From contig NC_068985.1 of assembly GCF_001194135.2 (NCBI RefSeq), positions 2,843,070-2,907,069 of the forward strand: a stretch of DNA of 64,000 bases, written 5' to 3'. Of this stretch, positions 23,471 through 37,634 are shown piece after piece. Under the pieces are notes generated by a model. The model worked only from the letters and a program-made list of their open reading frames with translations. It searched no databases and was not told where the DNA came from. The position numbers and the translations under genes were made by a program. Every line of letters starts with the position of its first letter. Position 1 is the first letter of the stretch. This DNA is from Octopus bimaculoides. Its lineage: Eukaryota.

Positions 23471-24879
23471 TCAATGCAAACATTGCTCCCAAATTTGTCT
23501 GATTTATCAATGTTTTTTTTTTTTAATTTACAAGGAAATTCAGAAAGAGTAAACACTTTACATAAGCAAAATGTAAATAATACATTCAACAATACTTGAT
23601 ATTGTTACTTGTTTAGCTAAAGTCCTGAAGAATTTTTACCCAGAGTGGACAATATAATATAACTGATAATATGACAAACTGTCAGTTACTTAGTATGAGA
23701 ATGAATGGCTGCTTAATAACAGCAGATCACCCTCCACCTCCCTGAAAACACAAAAATAGAAAATTGTGAAACAGTATATTACATCTGATTTAAGAATATT
23801 AAGAGCCTCATTGATGGGGGCCGGGATTGAAATTAAGATAGAAATAATCTGTTTCTCTACCATAATTTCAAGAGGTAAAAAAAAAAAAAACATTGATGAC
23901 AAGAACATTAATAGATGCTAAGACAGTAGCAGCACTGATAAAATGCAGACAATAGGTTTTATCCCCTGCATGCACACACACACACATATTATGACTACAT
24001 TCCATTATGCATGTTTTGTTTACCATTGTAATGGAGCAATTTGCTCTCAGGAAGAAAAGAACAAAAAAAAAAAAACTGGCTCTGTAACTTGATTTCATTT
24101 CTAAGCCACAACAATTTCATTCCTGTCACTGAATGCTCTGCTATAAATATTGAATGTGACATTGTGCCATTTACCACCCTGGAAATTTTAGGCTTTTTGC
24201 TCTTCTATGAGAGACTATATATAACTTCTTCAATGAGAAAACACATTTGGCTGCACACAATGTCTCCACAAAGTGATCATAAAAATAACACTAGAAACTG
24301 GTGATAAAAATAATATAAACAAAATATTTGGTGGCTGAAGTAAAATGTTGAAGACAGAAACTACTAGAGATTAGAATGATTCAGTGGTCATAACAGACTG
24401 ATGACATTATTCACAACCAAATACCCATAAACGCACACATGAGGTAGTAAAAGAGAAGTTAACAAACAAGAGAATCATCACAAATGCTTTGTCGATGTGA
24501 ATAAGACAGAGATAAGACAGGCTAACAAGAGAGAGTCTATAGGGCAGAGTGACCTGATGGAAATAACATTTAACCATTAATCCTGATTCTGTCTAACTTC
24601 AAAACAATGTACTTATCAACAACAAAAATTCTGTCCAGGATGGGCAGTAAAAAACAAAAAGTAATAAAATCTAGTGACATATTCTAAACTTGAATATGTC
24701 TGCAGATTTCAAACAGATTAGAATTATTAAAAACTATTAAGAAAAGAAAACTTATAAATATGAAGAGGATGGATGGAGTAGGCATTTGTTAGTCTGATGA
24801 GACAATGGGATCTATGCCAGAAAAGACACGCTTCGGTCTTGTTGGCAGAGCAGCATCTGCTGGTACTAAAGAAACCTAT

Positions 24880-25330
24880 GTGTGAGCAAATAGTCACAGA
24901 TGCAATGGCTACATCTGAGGGTACTGTCTGCCAGTCATTCCCTGCTGCTGTTTTTCCAAACCTTTTACTTTTTCTTCATCAGCAAACTTCAGCTTCTACT
25001 CATGTCTTTTAAACTTTTGTCTAGTTCCAGTTTTCAGCAACAGTAAAGAGTTTTCACGTCTCTGTTGTAGACATCTTTGAAACAAAGATGGAGCTGTCTT
25101 GTGTTCTTTTGCCAAAGGCCAGTGCTTCGTGCAGTATGTCAGTCAGGTCCCACCTATTTCACATGAAAAGATGACTTAGCCAGCAGTGGTTGAGGAAGCT
25201 TTGAATTTGTGTGTGAGCCAGGGACCTTTGGTGACTCAATCATATCACTCGATGTCCAGAATCCATGTTATGAATACACGCTTTTCCCGGTTCTCCTGAG
25301 TGTCTACCCCCATTCCATAAATTCAACTAA
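24880..25330 (-). pseudogene. RTE-type LINE ORF2 C-terminal fossil
   Basis: DILHEALAFGKRTQ.../FKDVYNRDVK, resembling DILYGEL..GKR..GRP.LRFKDVCKRDMK. Confidence 0.65.
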
Positions 25331-26296
25331 CCTCTCTGGCAATGAGAATGCCTTAGGGAACAGTTTTTAAGCAATAATTAGGAGTAACAGTGTAATATCA
25401 AACACAGAAATACAGTCAATCAGCCAGTGCCAGTTAACCACTAAGACACCAGCTTCAACCATGGCACAAGGCTGCAACCAGCAAAAGAACAAAGCAAGAG
25501 GAGAACTTATACCATTATATGTCCACAGACAACCTTGTTGGTGGTGTTACTTCAAAAATAGAACATCTTGCCTATCACAAAATTCTGACCATATCATCAT
25601 TGATATTGTTGCTGATAATAGTTTTTTTTTTATTAATATTTTAATAATATTCCCCCACCACCAGCTCCACTATTACTGTCACACAGAGTCCCTCTTCTCT
25701 GCTAATGTACATTTGATATAGGTTGCGCTGATACTTCTCAAAGATTAATGTAATTAACAATCAAAGAGAGATCGCATAGGTTGGTAGTAGTTATTTAATA
25801 CATAATTTAAACTGGTCATGATGAAATAAATTGAAGAGGAAAATTCAGCAGTCTGATTAAAAAACAAAAAGAAAGAAAAAATAAAAATGTAACTAAAACA
25901 TATCTTTTTGTTTGTAAGTTTGGTTCTAAAGAGAGAAAGAAAAAAATGTAAAAACTTTCTCAATATTTTACAAATTAAATTAACCTAAAACTTTATGGTA
26001 ATTTAATAGCCTAAGCCAATATCAATGTTTATAGATTATAATCTAAGTACATTTTATTTGCAATCATACTTTTTTAATCTTTCCTTAAAAATTGAATATG
26101 TTTTTTCCCCTTATATAATTTCACACCATGAATAATGAATAAAAAAAAAATGCTGGTCATATTAAACTGTCAAAACATCATTACATATAGATTGGCATCA
26201 TTTCTTAATGCTGCCATAGACTGGTTGCACCAACTTGAGAGACTCGCTTTATACTATTGTTCAAGCTTGAATTTTTATTGCTTTAATGTTAAACAA

Positions 26297-26338
<42 letters not shown>

Positions 26339-26815
26339 ATGTGTGTGTGTGCATGTGTGTGTACACATATTTGCACATTTACTTCTTCTATCTAATGGTT
26401 TCCATTGCAACAGAGAAATAGCTATTCTGTACACAAACTCATATATATTTTGAATGCATGTTGACAAGTATGTAGACACACACACACACAAATGTATGCA
26501 TTGATATATAGAGAAGTTAGAAGGTCAATATTGAATCAGAACAATAAAAGAAACACTTAATACTTAGCTACAGCAGACATCAAATATGTGAATGAACATA
26601 TTTGCGTGTGTGCATAAGTGTACTTATTCACCTCTTTCTGTCTATGTATGTATGTGTGTGTGTGTGTGTGTGTGTGTATCAAAGGATGTTATAATACTAT
26701 TCCACATATATAAAAACACCCATACCAATAATCGATCATACCTCCATCATCAGCTGCCCCACGGATATCATTATGCTATCGCCACCTGGGCAGTACAATT
26801 CCATCCGGCATATAA

Positions 26816-26859
<44 letters not shown>

Positions 26860-26864
26860 TGGAT

Positions 26865-27145
26865 ATGCAAAAACTGGAGAAGAATGAAGCTAGTCTGCTC
26901 CCATGGGTATGCAGCATCAGTGTACAAGTACAATAAAGTGCAAGTGTACTGAGAGAAAAGTTGACCATAAGAGGAATCAAATGTAGCAGAAGACTACAAT
27001 GGTTTGGACATGTGATGTATATGAATTAAGACATTTGTATAAAGAAGTGCTGATCACTTAAAGTGGATGGCACCTGGGGAAATGAGAGACCCAGGGAGAC
27101 ATGGGACAAAGTATTGAAGGCTGATCTTCAACTTTTAAACTAGAA
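26865..27145 (+). pseudogene. RTE-type LINE ORF2 C-terminal fossil
   Basis: LREKLTIRGIKCSRRLQWFGHVMYMN*DICIKKC*SLKVDGTWGNERPRETWDKVLKADL; same family as 53180-53600. Confidence 0.8.
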
Positions 27146-28081
27146 ATAACAAATAATAGTCCAATGTTTTGTTCACATGCCAAAACAATACAATAATTAC
27201 AGTAAGGCATAAGCAATGACAACAGCTACACAAACTATGTTAAAAGTAGACCATAAGCTGTGTATAGTAACAGCCTTATATAAATTATGGGAACAATTAT
27301 AACTCAACCTGTGCAAGTGCCTAAGATAAGTCATGGTAACAATCATATGCAAGATATAGTAAGAACCCCATACGAGTATACTAACAGCTAAATATGAACT
27401 GTGATAAGAAACATACAGAAACCATGGTAGAAACAACACTCAAGATATGGTAGCAATGATACTCAAGTTAAACACAACCTAAAGGAGCAAATTATCATTG
27501 TCATACATTATTGGCTCTAAATGGGAAAAAAGAGACATTTTACCCCACAAAACCTTGTTAAATCAAAAGCAACATCTGTTGAGAAATTAGGTGGCATTGT
27601 TTCCATGGTTTTTCCATAATGAAACCACTTTGGTTATTTGACCAGCACTAATAAAATGATCATTTGGTGGATTACGAGAAAGAGAATAAGATTAGAATTT
27701 ACATTCGTGGACATAAATCCTCTTTTTAACCGTCAACAAAATTATTTTTAAAACCTTTTCACAATTCAGTTTGTGGGAGGTGGGGGCTTATACTTCACTG
27801 TATTCTTAATCACACTTCTGTAAGTTCTTGAACGACTACTACGAGTGATTCTTTATCAAGATCTACATTAGATATATTTAACCCAGCCCTCAGCAACGTT
27901 TTAATTGGAACACATCATCCAGTTCCAGGATAAGTCTAAACCATCTCTATTAACTCTTCTTACTTGCATTTAACTGAAGCTTCTTGCATGCAAGTGCCTT
28001 GTCAGCTCCCCTGCACTCAATGCATCTTTCATGACTACATATACATTAAAGAAACTTCTAAACTTCCTTGGCTTATTATCA

Positions 28082-28317
28082 TTAACTGTTTAGCATTTAA
28101 ACCAGCCACAACCAGCCCAAATATTCTTCTTGTCTTATCTTCAAACTAGCCAGATCTGGATTCTCACACCTACCCAACAATGTCATTCTAACAATGAAAT
28201 AAACAGCCACATCATCAAAGTCTGAAAGACTACAAGATAATGCATGGGTAATTCAAAACAATGTGAATACATAAGCAGAACATTTGACAGATAGTAATCT
28301 GAATGCTAAAGGGTTAA
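28082..28317. mobile_element. piggyBac-like MITE with TTAA ends
   Basis: Left TTAACTGTTTAGCATTTA versus right reverse complement TTAACCCTTTAGCATTCA; homologous to 50227-50514. Confidence 0.7.
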
Positions 28318-29047
28318 GTTTCAAACTGAAGACCAACAAATACGTGGTCAGTCAACTATAATTAAGGTTAGTCTTTCAAGTACTCTGAAACAATTTCAAA
28401 CATTTAGAAGACATTTAATAAACATATATATACAAAGGAATAATGCAATAATGATTATCACTTCAAGAAACAAAGCTCAATTCAATTGAACATGTATTTA
28501 GTCATGACAATCTCTTCAAACAATGACCTGATGACAACAAGGCTTGCTTTCTGTCAGCCTGTCTTTCTCCATCTTTCTCATTCAAGTGTACACATTTACA
28601 GATGTCTGTGCACGCACATGTATGGACATACGTGTGTGCACACAGACAAACGCACACACACATACAAATAATATCCTTGCTAGAGTCTTATAACCAGAAG
28701 GATTGTGAGAAATGTTATGTTGCTATGGTCGTATTACTATCTTAGTGATGAAAGACAAGCTGCCAGGAAATATTCTTTCTCTTCCTTCTGAAATGTTATT
28801 CCTAAATGAAAGAAAGGGAAAGAATTCCATTGAAATCCTACAGTAATATCTTTGTCTACTACACTCATCTCTATTGCAATATCTACACATTTACATAGTT
28901 GAGGTCTATGAAAAAACAAATACATTCTTACGCAACTGATCTGAATGTTCATAGAGAAAGGTGTTGCTTTCCTCTGCCTCCTCCCTCTTTCTTTTCTTTC
29001 TATCATTATATACATATAATTCCCCCCTCCCTTTTTTTCTTGCTTTC

Positions 29048-29089
<42 letters not shown>

Positions 29090-29669
29090 TTCAACAAAAC
29101 TGCAAACAATTGAAGGCAACTTTTATTTTTGTCTTCTGTCCTCAAATTTTTGCAACTGCCCTCTGCTCATTAGAGAAGAAGGACAATAGTTTGGCAACGA
29201 ATTGTTGGAGCAAATTATTTCATGAGATAAAGGAATCTACTTAGCCTCTAATCAGCCATGAAATGAGAATGATAACAAGTGCTCAGTGGGGTATTTAATG
29301 ATCAAAGATGTAGGCTATGCCTTATTTAGAGGCACAATATTACATCTGAGGAAAGATTTCACAACAATAACATCTAAGCTACAGTCAGACACATTTATAT
29401 GAAGAGATATTGCTGTTGCTTCGAAACATGATACTAAAATGCATTGTATCATCATATATTGCCTTTTAAATTCTTTCTTTTATATAAGATGACTAATTCT
29501 TGTAAAAATGGTCCTAGGCACACATATATAGACAAACATACATGCATGCATTCGCATTTAAAAACAGAGACAAGGCTATGGACATACATGGAATATTTCA
29601 AGAATACAAACACATATCCACAGCAATGCATAAGACACACACACAAGAACATTAAATATTATGGAACCT

Positions 29670-29860
29670 GTACGGGTGTGGAGAAAGCACCCAGTACAGT
29701 CTGCAAAGTAGTTGACATCAGGAAAGGCATCTAACCATAGAAACTTGCCAAAACAGACCACTGGCGCATGATGCAGCCTCCCACCTCTCCAGCCCTCAGT
29801 CATACTGTCCAACCCATGCCAGCATGGAAAACAGACGTTAAAGGATGATGATGATGATTT
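29670..29860 (+). mobile_element. SINE family C 3' part
   Basis: GGAAAGGCATC...CCAACCCATGCCAGCATGGAAAACAGACGTTAAAGGATGATGATG. Confidence 0.8.
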
Positions 29861-30269
29861 ACAGATAGTTTTTGTGAATATATCAAATGAAGACGGAATC
29901 ATATTCGACTTGCTAAACAGAAATGGAAGGATCCTAATTCTGTTGCTGAAAATTTCTTCTGAAATGCACAAGCAGGTTGTGAAGGTTAATGTTTGGTAAA
30001 TCAGGCAAATGTTTATGTCTGATTTGGGATTGGGTTTGTTTGATAAAGTATTTTTTAAAACTCTTTTACTTATTTCACTCCTAGGACAGTGACCATGCTG
30101 GGTCACCACATTGATGAGTTTAGTCAAACAAACCAACCCTAGTATTTATATTAACTATATTAACCCTAGTATTTATATTAACTGCATCATTCACACCTGC
30201 TAAGTTACAGAGACATTAAAAAACTAATACTGGTTACCAAGCAGTATGGGGGTCAAACATAAAGATGCA

Positions 30270-30620
30270 TCTTCTTTTACTTGTTTCAGTCATTAGACTG
30301 TGGCCATGCTGGGCCACTACCTTGAAGAACATTTTTGGTCTTTTATGCTAAATCACTAAATTATGGGGATGTAGACACACCAAATCTGGTTACCAAGTAG
30401 TTGTTGGACAACAAACACACACACACATACATACACAAACATATACATACATACACAACAAGCTCTTTCAGTTTCCTTCTACCAAATCCACCCACAATGA
30501 TTTGGTTGATCCGAGGCTATAGCAGAAAACACTTGCCCAAGATGCCATGTGGTAGGACCGAACCCAGAGCCATATGGTTGGGAAGCAAGCTTCTTACAAC
30601 ACAGCATGTCTGCATCTGTA
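30270..30620 (-). mobile_element. SINE family A copy (second partial head at ~30660-30810)
   Basis: Homologous to 5065-5613. Confidence 0.8.
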
Positions 30621-30899
30621 AATGCATGCATACATAAATACAGGTTAGGCTTCTACACATCCTCCATCGACAAATTCACTCACATGGCATTCATCGCCCA
30701 TGCAACAGAAATAACAGGAAAAAACTTGCCCAAGGTACTGTACTGTAAGATTGAACTTGAACCTATCAGGTTATAAACAAAACCTCTTAATCACAGCCAT
30801 GCCAGCACCTGTATACTTTCTATTCATTCTTTCTTTCCATTCCAGAGCAGTGTTTTACAATAATCTAATGCGTCATAATGTATATATTACTTAATATCT

Positions 30900-31030
30900 C
30901 AGGCTGCGAACTGGTAGAGCCGTTAGCATGCCGGACGAAATGCTTAGCAGCATTTTGTCCATCTTTACATTCTGAGTTCAAATTCCACTGAGGTTGACTT
31001 TGCCTTTCATCCTTTTGGAGTGAATAAAAG
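30900..31030 (+). mobile_element. SINE family B 5' part
   Basis: GAACTGGTAGAGCCGTTAGCATGCCGGACGAAATGCTTAGC...GCCTTTCATCCTTTTGGAG. Confidence 0.8.
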
Positions 31031-31596
31031 GACTGTTGTTAACCACAATCAATAACCTGAATCATATTCAATGAAAGATCTTCACACCAATTGACTCAGA
31101 TTCACCAAGTAACACACTGAAGGAATTAGCCAAGAAAATATACCGTTTCTTTGCTTTCCCACTTCTGTAATAGCTTTTTGTCCAAATAAATGCACATTAT
31201 ACAACTCAAGCTGAATCTGATACACCCACCCCCACACACTTCACTAATTCTTATTAGTTGTCCCAGGAATGTCGGTGCTTGCACTCTCTGCAATTATATG
31301 CCTGTCTTTCTTTTCTTTTTTTTCCCCATCTCTTCTCACCCTGACACACTTCGCTATTTCTCATTTTGTCTCTCACCAAACATTGCGGTAAAAACTTTTC
31401 CAAACTTTGCAGTATACACTCACCCAATTCTTCCTCAATTAACCAAACTCACCTGGATCAATCCATTCTCATGCTTTCATCTAAAGAAATCAAGTTACAG
31501 AAGCTAAAGCTGAATATAAACTACATCAACTTCACCTATCTGAGGTAGACTATAAAAATTAGGAGGACCACTCCACTTCCGCCAATTAAATAATAA

Positions 31597-31627
<31 letters not shown>

Positions 31628-33309
31628 AATAGCCAGAGCAAGTGAAATCAAGAGTTCTGTGAATTGCAATGAAAATAATAATAATAAAATTAGACAGAGT
31701 ATCCGATATAGTAGTTCAGCATTGAAAAAGTGAATCTAAAAGAACTAATTAGGTTACACAGTCTGCACAATTCAATGCATAACCAAACCATCTGTTTCTC
31801 ATAATGATTATATATGGGTCTCACAGTGAAGGAAAACATGTTTTTCCTCATAGAATACCAAATGATAGCTTAGTTATACAGTTAATTGATAATGGCTTAC
31901 ATTATCTACCTTTTATATACAAGACATCACAAAATAGAAGACAATATCTTTTTTTTTTTCCCAAAACATATATTTGCATTGGTTCATGTGAAAGGAGACT
32001 AGTTGTTTTATTTCTTTGTCTTATTTCATTTCGTTTCTATGTAATCATTCGCGATTTTTGTTTTTTCTTTTATATATTTTTTTTTAAATAGTTGATTTTA
32101 TTCTTACTCAGCAAATACTTAAGTGAGACATATCAATAGTAAACAGAGAATGCTAGCGAATAATAATAGCAGGGTGAAGAAATTAGTTATGTTGACAGCA
32201 TGACCTTTAAATTTTGACTTTCTTTTCTAAGTAACAGAAACAACTAGTATAACATTACGAAGAGTTCTACTGTTATCTCTTCGGTCTAACTGGTGAGTGG
32301 GACATAAAGAAAATTGAAAAATCATCAGCATACACAAAGGAAATATTAGGTTTAATTTCAAACACACAGCATCTTTGTGAAAGTAGATGAATCAAATTTC
32401 TTATACATTTCTATTGATAAATATCAACTGAAATTAGAGACCAAGGCACTATTTGTTGTGTCTTTTTTTTAATAAACAAAATGTCAAAAATATAAATGTG
32501 CTAGTTATATTAGTTACATAGGCTATGATGAATAATTATCATTTATTACTTTATATCCCACCTTTGGGTCAAGATCAGTGTATCATCTTTTAATGGATGG
32601 TGAACAGAAACGGCTTAAAGAGTTCAGTGACTGAAATTGGATGTTTTACCCTTTTTTTTTTTTTTTTTTTTGCATTATTCAAACTTCATCTATTTCACAA
32701 GACAAAGAATAACAATGTGGTAGGTCTTGCATACATTAAATAATTAGGCAAAAAATGTTAATCACCTGAGAGTATCGAAATAACTAGAAGACAAAAAAAA
32801 AATTCTCACTAGCACTGTTGGAACGTTTTGGAAAGAAGGAAGATAACTCCAATAAGTTCAGCTGATCACAATTTCTAAACAAAAGAGACAATGTAGATTG
32901 GAATGAGAAAGAAGAGATACAACAATCACTTCACTAACTGAATCAACACTGAGAATAACATCGGAAATAATATTTTAGCATCTAAGACATAAATAAGAAA
33001 TGAAACATTTTGCAGAGTCCAACCAAACTAGAAACTCTAATGCCATACAGATGACATCCTAAAGACACCACTGATTTATTCATATCTTAATCAAGAATCT
33101 TCGAACTTGTGAACTTTTCTCTAAACAGTTCCTAATCCTTATTATCTGAAAGCTATATGTCAGCAGAGAGAGCCAACAAAGTACAGAACCAACTAAGATG
33201 CTTAAGAATAGGAAAAGCTTACTTTGTACATTGTTGAAATCTATGTTAATTTTAAACTCTATTCTCATCACATGGGATTGATAAAATGTTAATAATATTT
33301 AATGTCTTT

Positions 33310-33500
33310 GAGGCGGTGAACTAACAGAATCATTAGCAAGCTGAGATTCTGAGTTCAAATTCCAATAAGGTCATCTTTGCCTTTCACCTTTTCAGGATTG
33401 ATAAAATAGGTAGCAGTTTAACACAGGGGTTGATGTAATCAACTTACCCCTACCGTTGAAATTGCTGGCCTTGTGCTAAAATTTGAAACCAATATTAACA
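33310..33500 (+). mobile_element. SINE family B copy (internal deletion)
   Basis: GGCGGTGAACTAACAGAATC...TTCTGAGTTCAAATTCC...GCTGGCCTTGTGCTAAAATTTGAAACC. Confidence 0.8.
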
Positions 33501-33554
33501 GTCTTTAAATTGTTGGCATCCTTTTGTCTCGGGAGACAATGGAGTTGCACATAA

Positions 33555-33935
33555 ACTAATCCAGTCTGGTTTTTGCATTTCCTGTCCTCTCCAGTTTCCT
33601 CTCCAGTTTTGCACAGGCCTGGGCTAGATGTAAGGAAATCCTGGATAGCCCAATCGTCATGATCCCTCTCTCGACCTTGCTGATGTAGTCCAAAGGAGTG
33701 CAGAGCATTACGTTTGGCACCAGCTTGGCTGCAGGAACTGCCGGAAGAGTGTCGAGTCGAACACTAAACTGCCTACGGGGCTCCACTCCAGATTTCTTTG
33801 AAGGTTGCCTCCTTTCCATAACCCTGGATAGGGGCCTATACCGGGTGCTGTCAGCCAGAGCCAGCTGGGCCCAGGACTCCTGTCAGGCAGGGTCATCACT
33901 CCCTGAAGTAGTGAAGAAAATCGCTACCCACTACC
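33555..33935 (-). mobile_element. GC-rich island, possibly the 5' region of an RTE-type LINE
   Basis: Roughly 55% GC by eye, with CpGs, in an AT-rich background; GGAGGCAACC...GGAGTGGAG and GCTGGTGCCAAACGTA recalled from RTE 5' UTRs (unverified). Confidence 0.3.
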
Positions 33936-34819
33936 TAACTGTCTTTAAATACACATATAGAATCAAACCAGACATGATTTTTATTAAAATGGATATAAAA
34001 AATGCACTAGCAATGTAAGGCAAACATTCTTCTTGCAAACAGCAGTTTAAAGAATGGTACATTACTTCGTTTATTTAAGTTGCTCTTACCAAAACAACAG
34101 AAGCAACAACCATTTCAGAAAAATCATTCAAAGCTGCAAACATTCAGCCAACAACAAAACATCTGTATAGTCACTCAACTTGCTGGAAATAGCAGCCGTA
34201 TCATTTCCGTATCACACACACACACTACTGCCAGGAAAGACATACACCGGATACACTTGCCTGAATAAAAAGGATGTTTTTGGTCACACAAACACCATCT
34301 ATCATCAAAGGTGTGTTCATTCAACCTGAACAGAACCAATAGGAAACAACAACAGTACAAACATTGAGGGCAAGACACTCAGTTCTCCTTCCCCTGCCAT
34401 CATATTCACACTGGACACATTTCTCCTGATAACAGTGGCATGGTAGAGTCAGAGGTAATAGATTCAGGTTTTGTAACCAGGAATTACAAAGCAAACAGAA
34501 GAAGAACATTCATGTTTGTAGAAGTAAGACATCTTTGTTGTTCATATTTAATGGTGGAATTCTTTTACTCTTTTACTTGCTACAGTCATTTGACTGTGGC
34601 CATGCTGGAGGTTTAAATTTCTGAATTAATGCAGGAGTTTATTAATTTAAAGAGTAAAAATTAAACCAAATTTGTGTATATAGCTATACTATATAGACAA
34701 GGGCAGTAGAAAGAAAGTGTATCAAAGCAAAAACCAATAACTACATCACAAATAATCAAACAAAAGAAAAAGGGGAAATACAGAAATAGACCAATATATT
34801 CACAGGCCATCAAGGGAGC

Positions 34820-34915
34820 CTCCAACCACATGGTTCCAGGTTCAGTTCCACTGTGTGGCACCTTGGGCAAGTGTCTTCAGCTATAATCCCAAGCCAACCA
34901 AAGCCTTGTGAGCCC

Positions 34916-34973
<58 letters not shown>

Positions 34974-35145
34974 TTTGTCTCTCACCACTGCTCAACAACC
35001 AGTGCTGGTGTGTTCACAACCCCATAACTTAGCAGTTTGGCAAAAGGAACTGATAGAAATAAGTCCTGGGGTCAATTTATTTGACTAAAACTTTTCATGG
35101 TGGTACCCCAGCATGGCCACAGTCTAATGACCGAAACAAGAGATA
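34820..35145 (+). mobile_element. SINE family A copy with (GT)n core
   Basis: CAACCACATGGTTCCAGGTTCAGTTCCACTGTGTGGCACCTTGGGCAAGTG...CCAGCATGGCCACAGTCTAATGACCGAAACAAG. Confidence 0.85.
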
Positions 35146-36068
35146 AGAGATGATAAGAGAGGAAAAACAAAGAGAAAGGAAAGATGCAGATAACAAGGAA
35201 GTTCGGACCAACATGAATCTGGTGCTGGGAAAGGTGTTCTAAGTTTCTTTAAGACAGTAGACTGTAATGAGAGGAAAGTTGCTGCTATTTCTAGAAAGAC
35301 AAGAGAGAACATGGAGGCTGCCTTAATGGCAAGTGAATATATTGGTCAAACTGAGAGGTCAGCTAGCACCACATTAGCATGAGGCATCATTTCACCAGAC
35401 TAGCTTTAAAGCTGGTAGTAAACACATACACTGGATCACTAATAGCTCACATTCACTCCACCCCCAGCACCGACTTTCTTCTCTTACCCATATACAAAAT
35501 GCTATGGTGGAAGAGGTGTTGGTAGAACATGATTAATACTTATAGATTAATTACTATTTAGTTGTAATTGTCAGAAGATGTAAACAATCTTTAATTATCA
35601 TTTTGACAATTATCCTACCACACTAATTCCTAGTTAGAACAACAATACATTCATCATTATTAGTGTCTTTGTTTTGTTACCTCTTGTTTGCTTATTTTTT
35701 CTTTTTTTTTTTCTTTCTCTTCAGTTCTTCACACTAGAAAGAATAGCAACATACTGGAAATAGAATAAAATATCCACATTTTCAAAGATTACAAGAATCG
35801 CATTCTCTAAATTGTTTCCACTAGGAAAAGCCCACTTTTCTTCTCCAAATCTCCACCTACCACAAACATAAGCATTCCACTACATTCTTAAGATGCCTTG
35901 TTTTAACAGACACATTCTTACAAACACACACAATGAAAGAACAAGCACACACACACACACCACTTTTTTAAAACAAAAGCTTTGTTAACTAACAGCCAGT
36001 TGCTTCTAAATTAACAATATATATACCCTTATAATGAAACACTGGCTAGCTAGAAGTTAATACATGAT

Positions 36069-36070
36069 AT

Positions 36071-36128
<58 letters not shown>
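36069..36128. repeat. (GA)n microsatellite
   Basis: Seen directly. Confidence 0.9.
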
Positions 36129-36132
<4 letters not shown>

Positions 36133-36804
36133 AAGAAGGCACCCAAAGGTGAAGGTGATTCACTAGAGGTAAGTAAAAAGGAGAAAGGCAGAAAATGATA
36201 AATGGTCTTGCTAGGCAACCATGAATCTTCACTGAACACCCACATCGTCATGCAGCATATTCACAACAGTAAAGTTATCAATAGCAAGCCTGTAAGGACA
36301 GACAACTTGTCGTCTGTCACTGAAGATTAGGGATGTAGTAGATGGAAAAACAGAGAGTGGAACTCAGAGCGAATGAAACAAAGAGAAGAACTTGAGATAA
36401 ATTAAAGGATATGAACAAGACAAGTTTATTAATGATCTATAATTTTAAATACAATTAGCAATTATGCATATATACATGAGGAGAAGAGAATATGTATGTA
36501 ATAAAAGTATGCCTCCAGGTAGGAGTTTTTGACATACTTAGAAAATATCAAATTATTATGTATAAGTGTGCATATGCGAATATATATTTGTGCAGAAGGC
36601 TGGGAGTCTGAATGCAGACATGTATTCCTTCATTAAACATGTGTGAATGTATATTGCCTGCATTGCTAAATGTTAAGGAAAATATTCTGCTACACTTTTC
36701 AAAATGTAAAAATGCATCCTATTTAATCATATAAACATTCTCATACAAAAATGCATATTAAATTTGTAGCTTTTTTCTTTGTTTCTTTTTTATTTTATTT
36801 TTTA

Positions 36805-37145
36805 TCTTTTTACTTGTTTCAGTCATTAGACTGCGACCATGCTGGGGCACCACATTGAAGAAGTTTTAGCCAAATTTATCAACTCTAGTATCTATTTCTC
36901 CTTCCTAAGCCTGCTACTTATCTTATAGGTATCTCTTACCAAACTGGTAAATTACAAAGACATAGACACACCAAGACTGAGGGACAAACACACACACACA
37001 CTTCTTTCAGTTTCTGTCTACCACATCCACCCACAAGCCATTGATCGATCTAAGGCTATAATAGAAGACAATTGCTGAAGGTGCCATGCAATAGGATTGA
37101 ACCCAGAACCATGTGGTTGTGAAGAAAACTTTTTACCATACAGTT
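36805..37145 (-). mobile_element. SINE family A copy
   Basis: Homologous to 5065-5613. Confidence 0.8.
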
Positions 37146-37552
37146 ATGACCTATATTTCAGAAAAAAGGAAACAAAACATTGTGACATTCATAGGTTCAT
37201 TAAAAGCTTTATCAATTAAAGCGGTAAGTCCTCAGCAGAAAGTATAAACCAAGTTACTAATCTCGACTAGTCATGTGCTCAGAGTATATTGCAAAGTATT
37301 GATAACAGATATGTAATGAAACATTAAATAGGATTGTTGATATACTCTGATACACACACACCCACACATGCACACAGGTGCTGACATGACCAAATGGTTA
37401 AAGAACTTACTTCACAACTCCATAGTTCTGGGTTTAATCCTAAGACATTGGTACTTTGGGCCAATGTCTTCTATTATAGACTGACGCTACCCAATGATAA
37501 GAGAGTGGAATTCAGTCAAACTTTGCATTAGGAGTAAACAACCACCATATAC

Positions 37553-37556
37553 ATAC

Positions 37557-37621
<65 letters not shown>

Positions 37622-37634
37622 CATATATATATAT
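37553..37634. repeat. AT/AC higher-order microsatellite (ACATATATATATATAT)n
   Basis: An AC interrupts the AT array at intervals of about 16 nt. Confidence 0.9.

Noticed and set aside
29576-30136. 186-aa minus ORF and a plus-strand open frame at ~29866-29976
   Set aside because: Spans a SINE-C antisense to unique sequence; weak splice signals and no recognisable domain.
33870-33935. HDV-like ribozyme on the minus strand
   Set aside because: P1 pairing is imperfect, L3 too long and P1.1 GG absent; not supportable without a family consensus.
35195-35388. Plus-strand open frame QGSSDQHES...STTLA*
   Set aside because: No acceptor upstream (purine-rich) and no recognisable homology.
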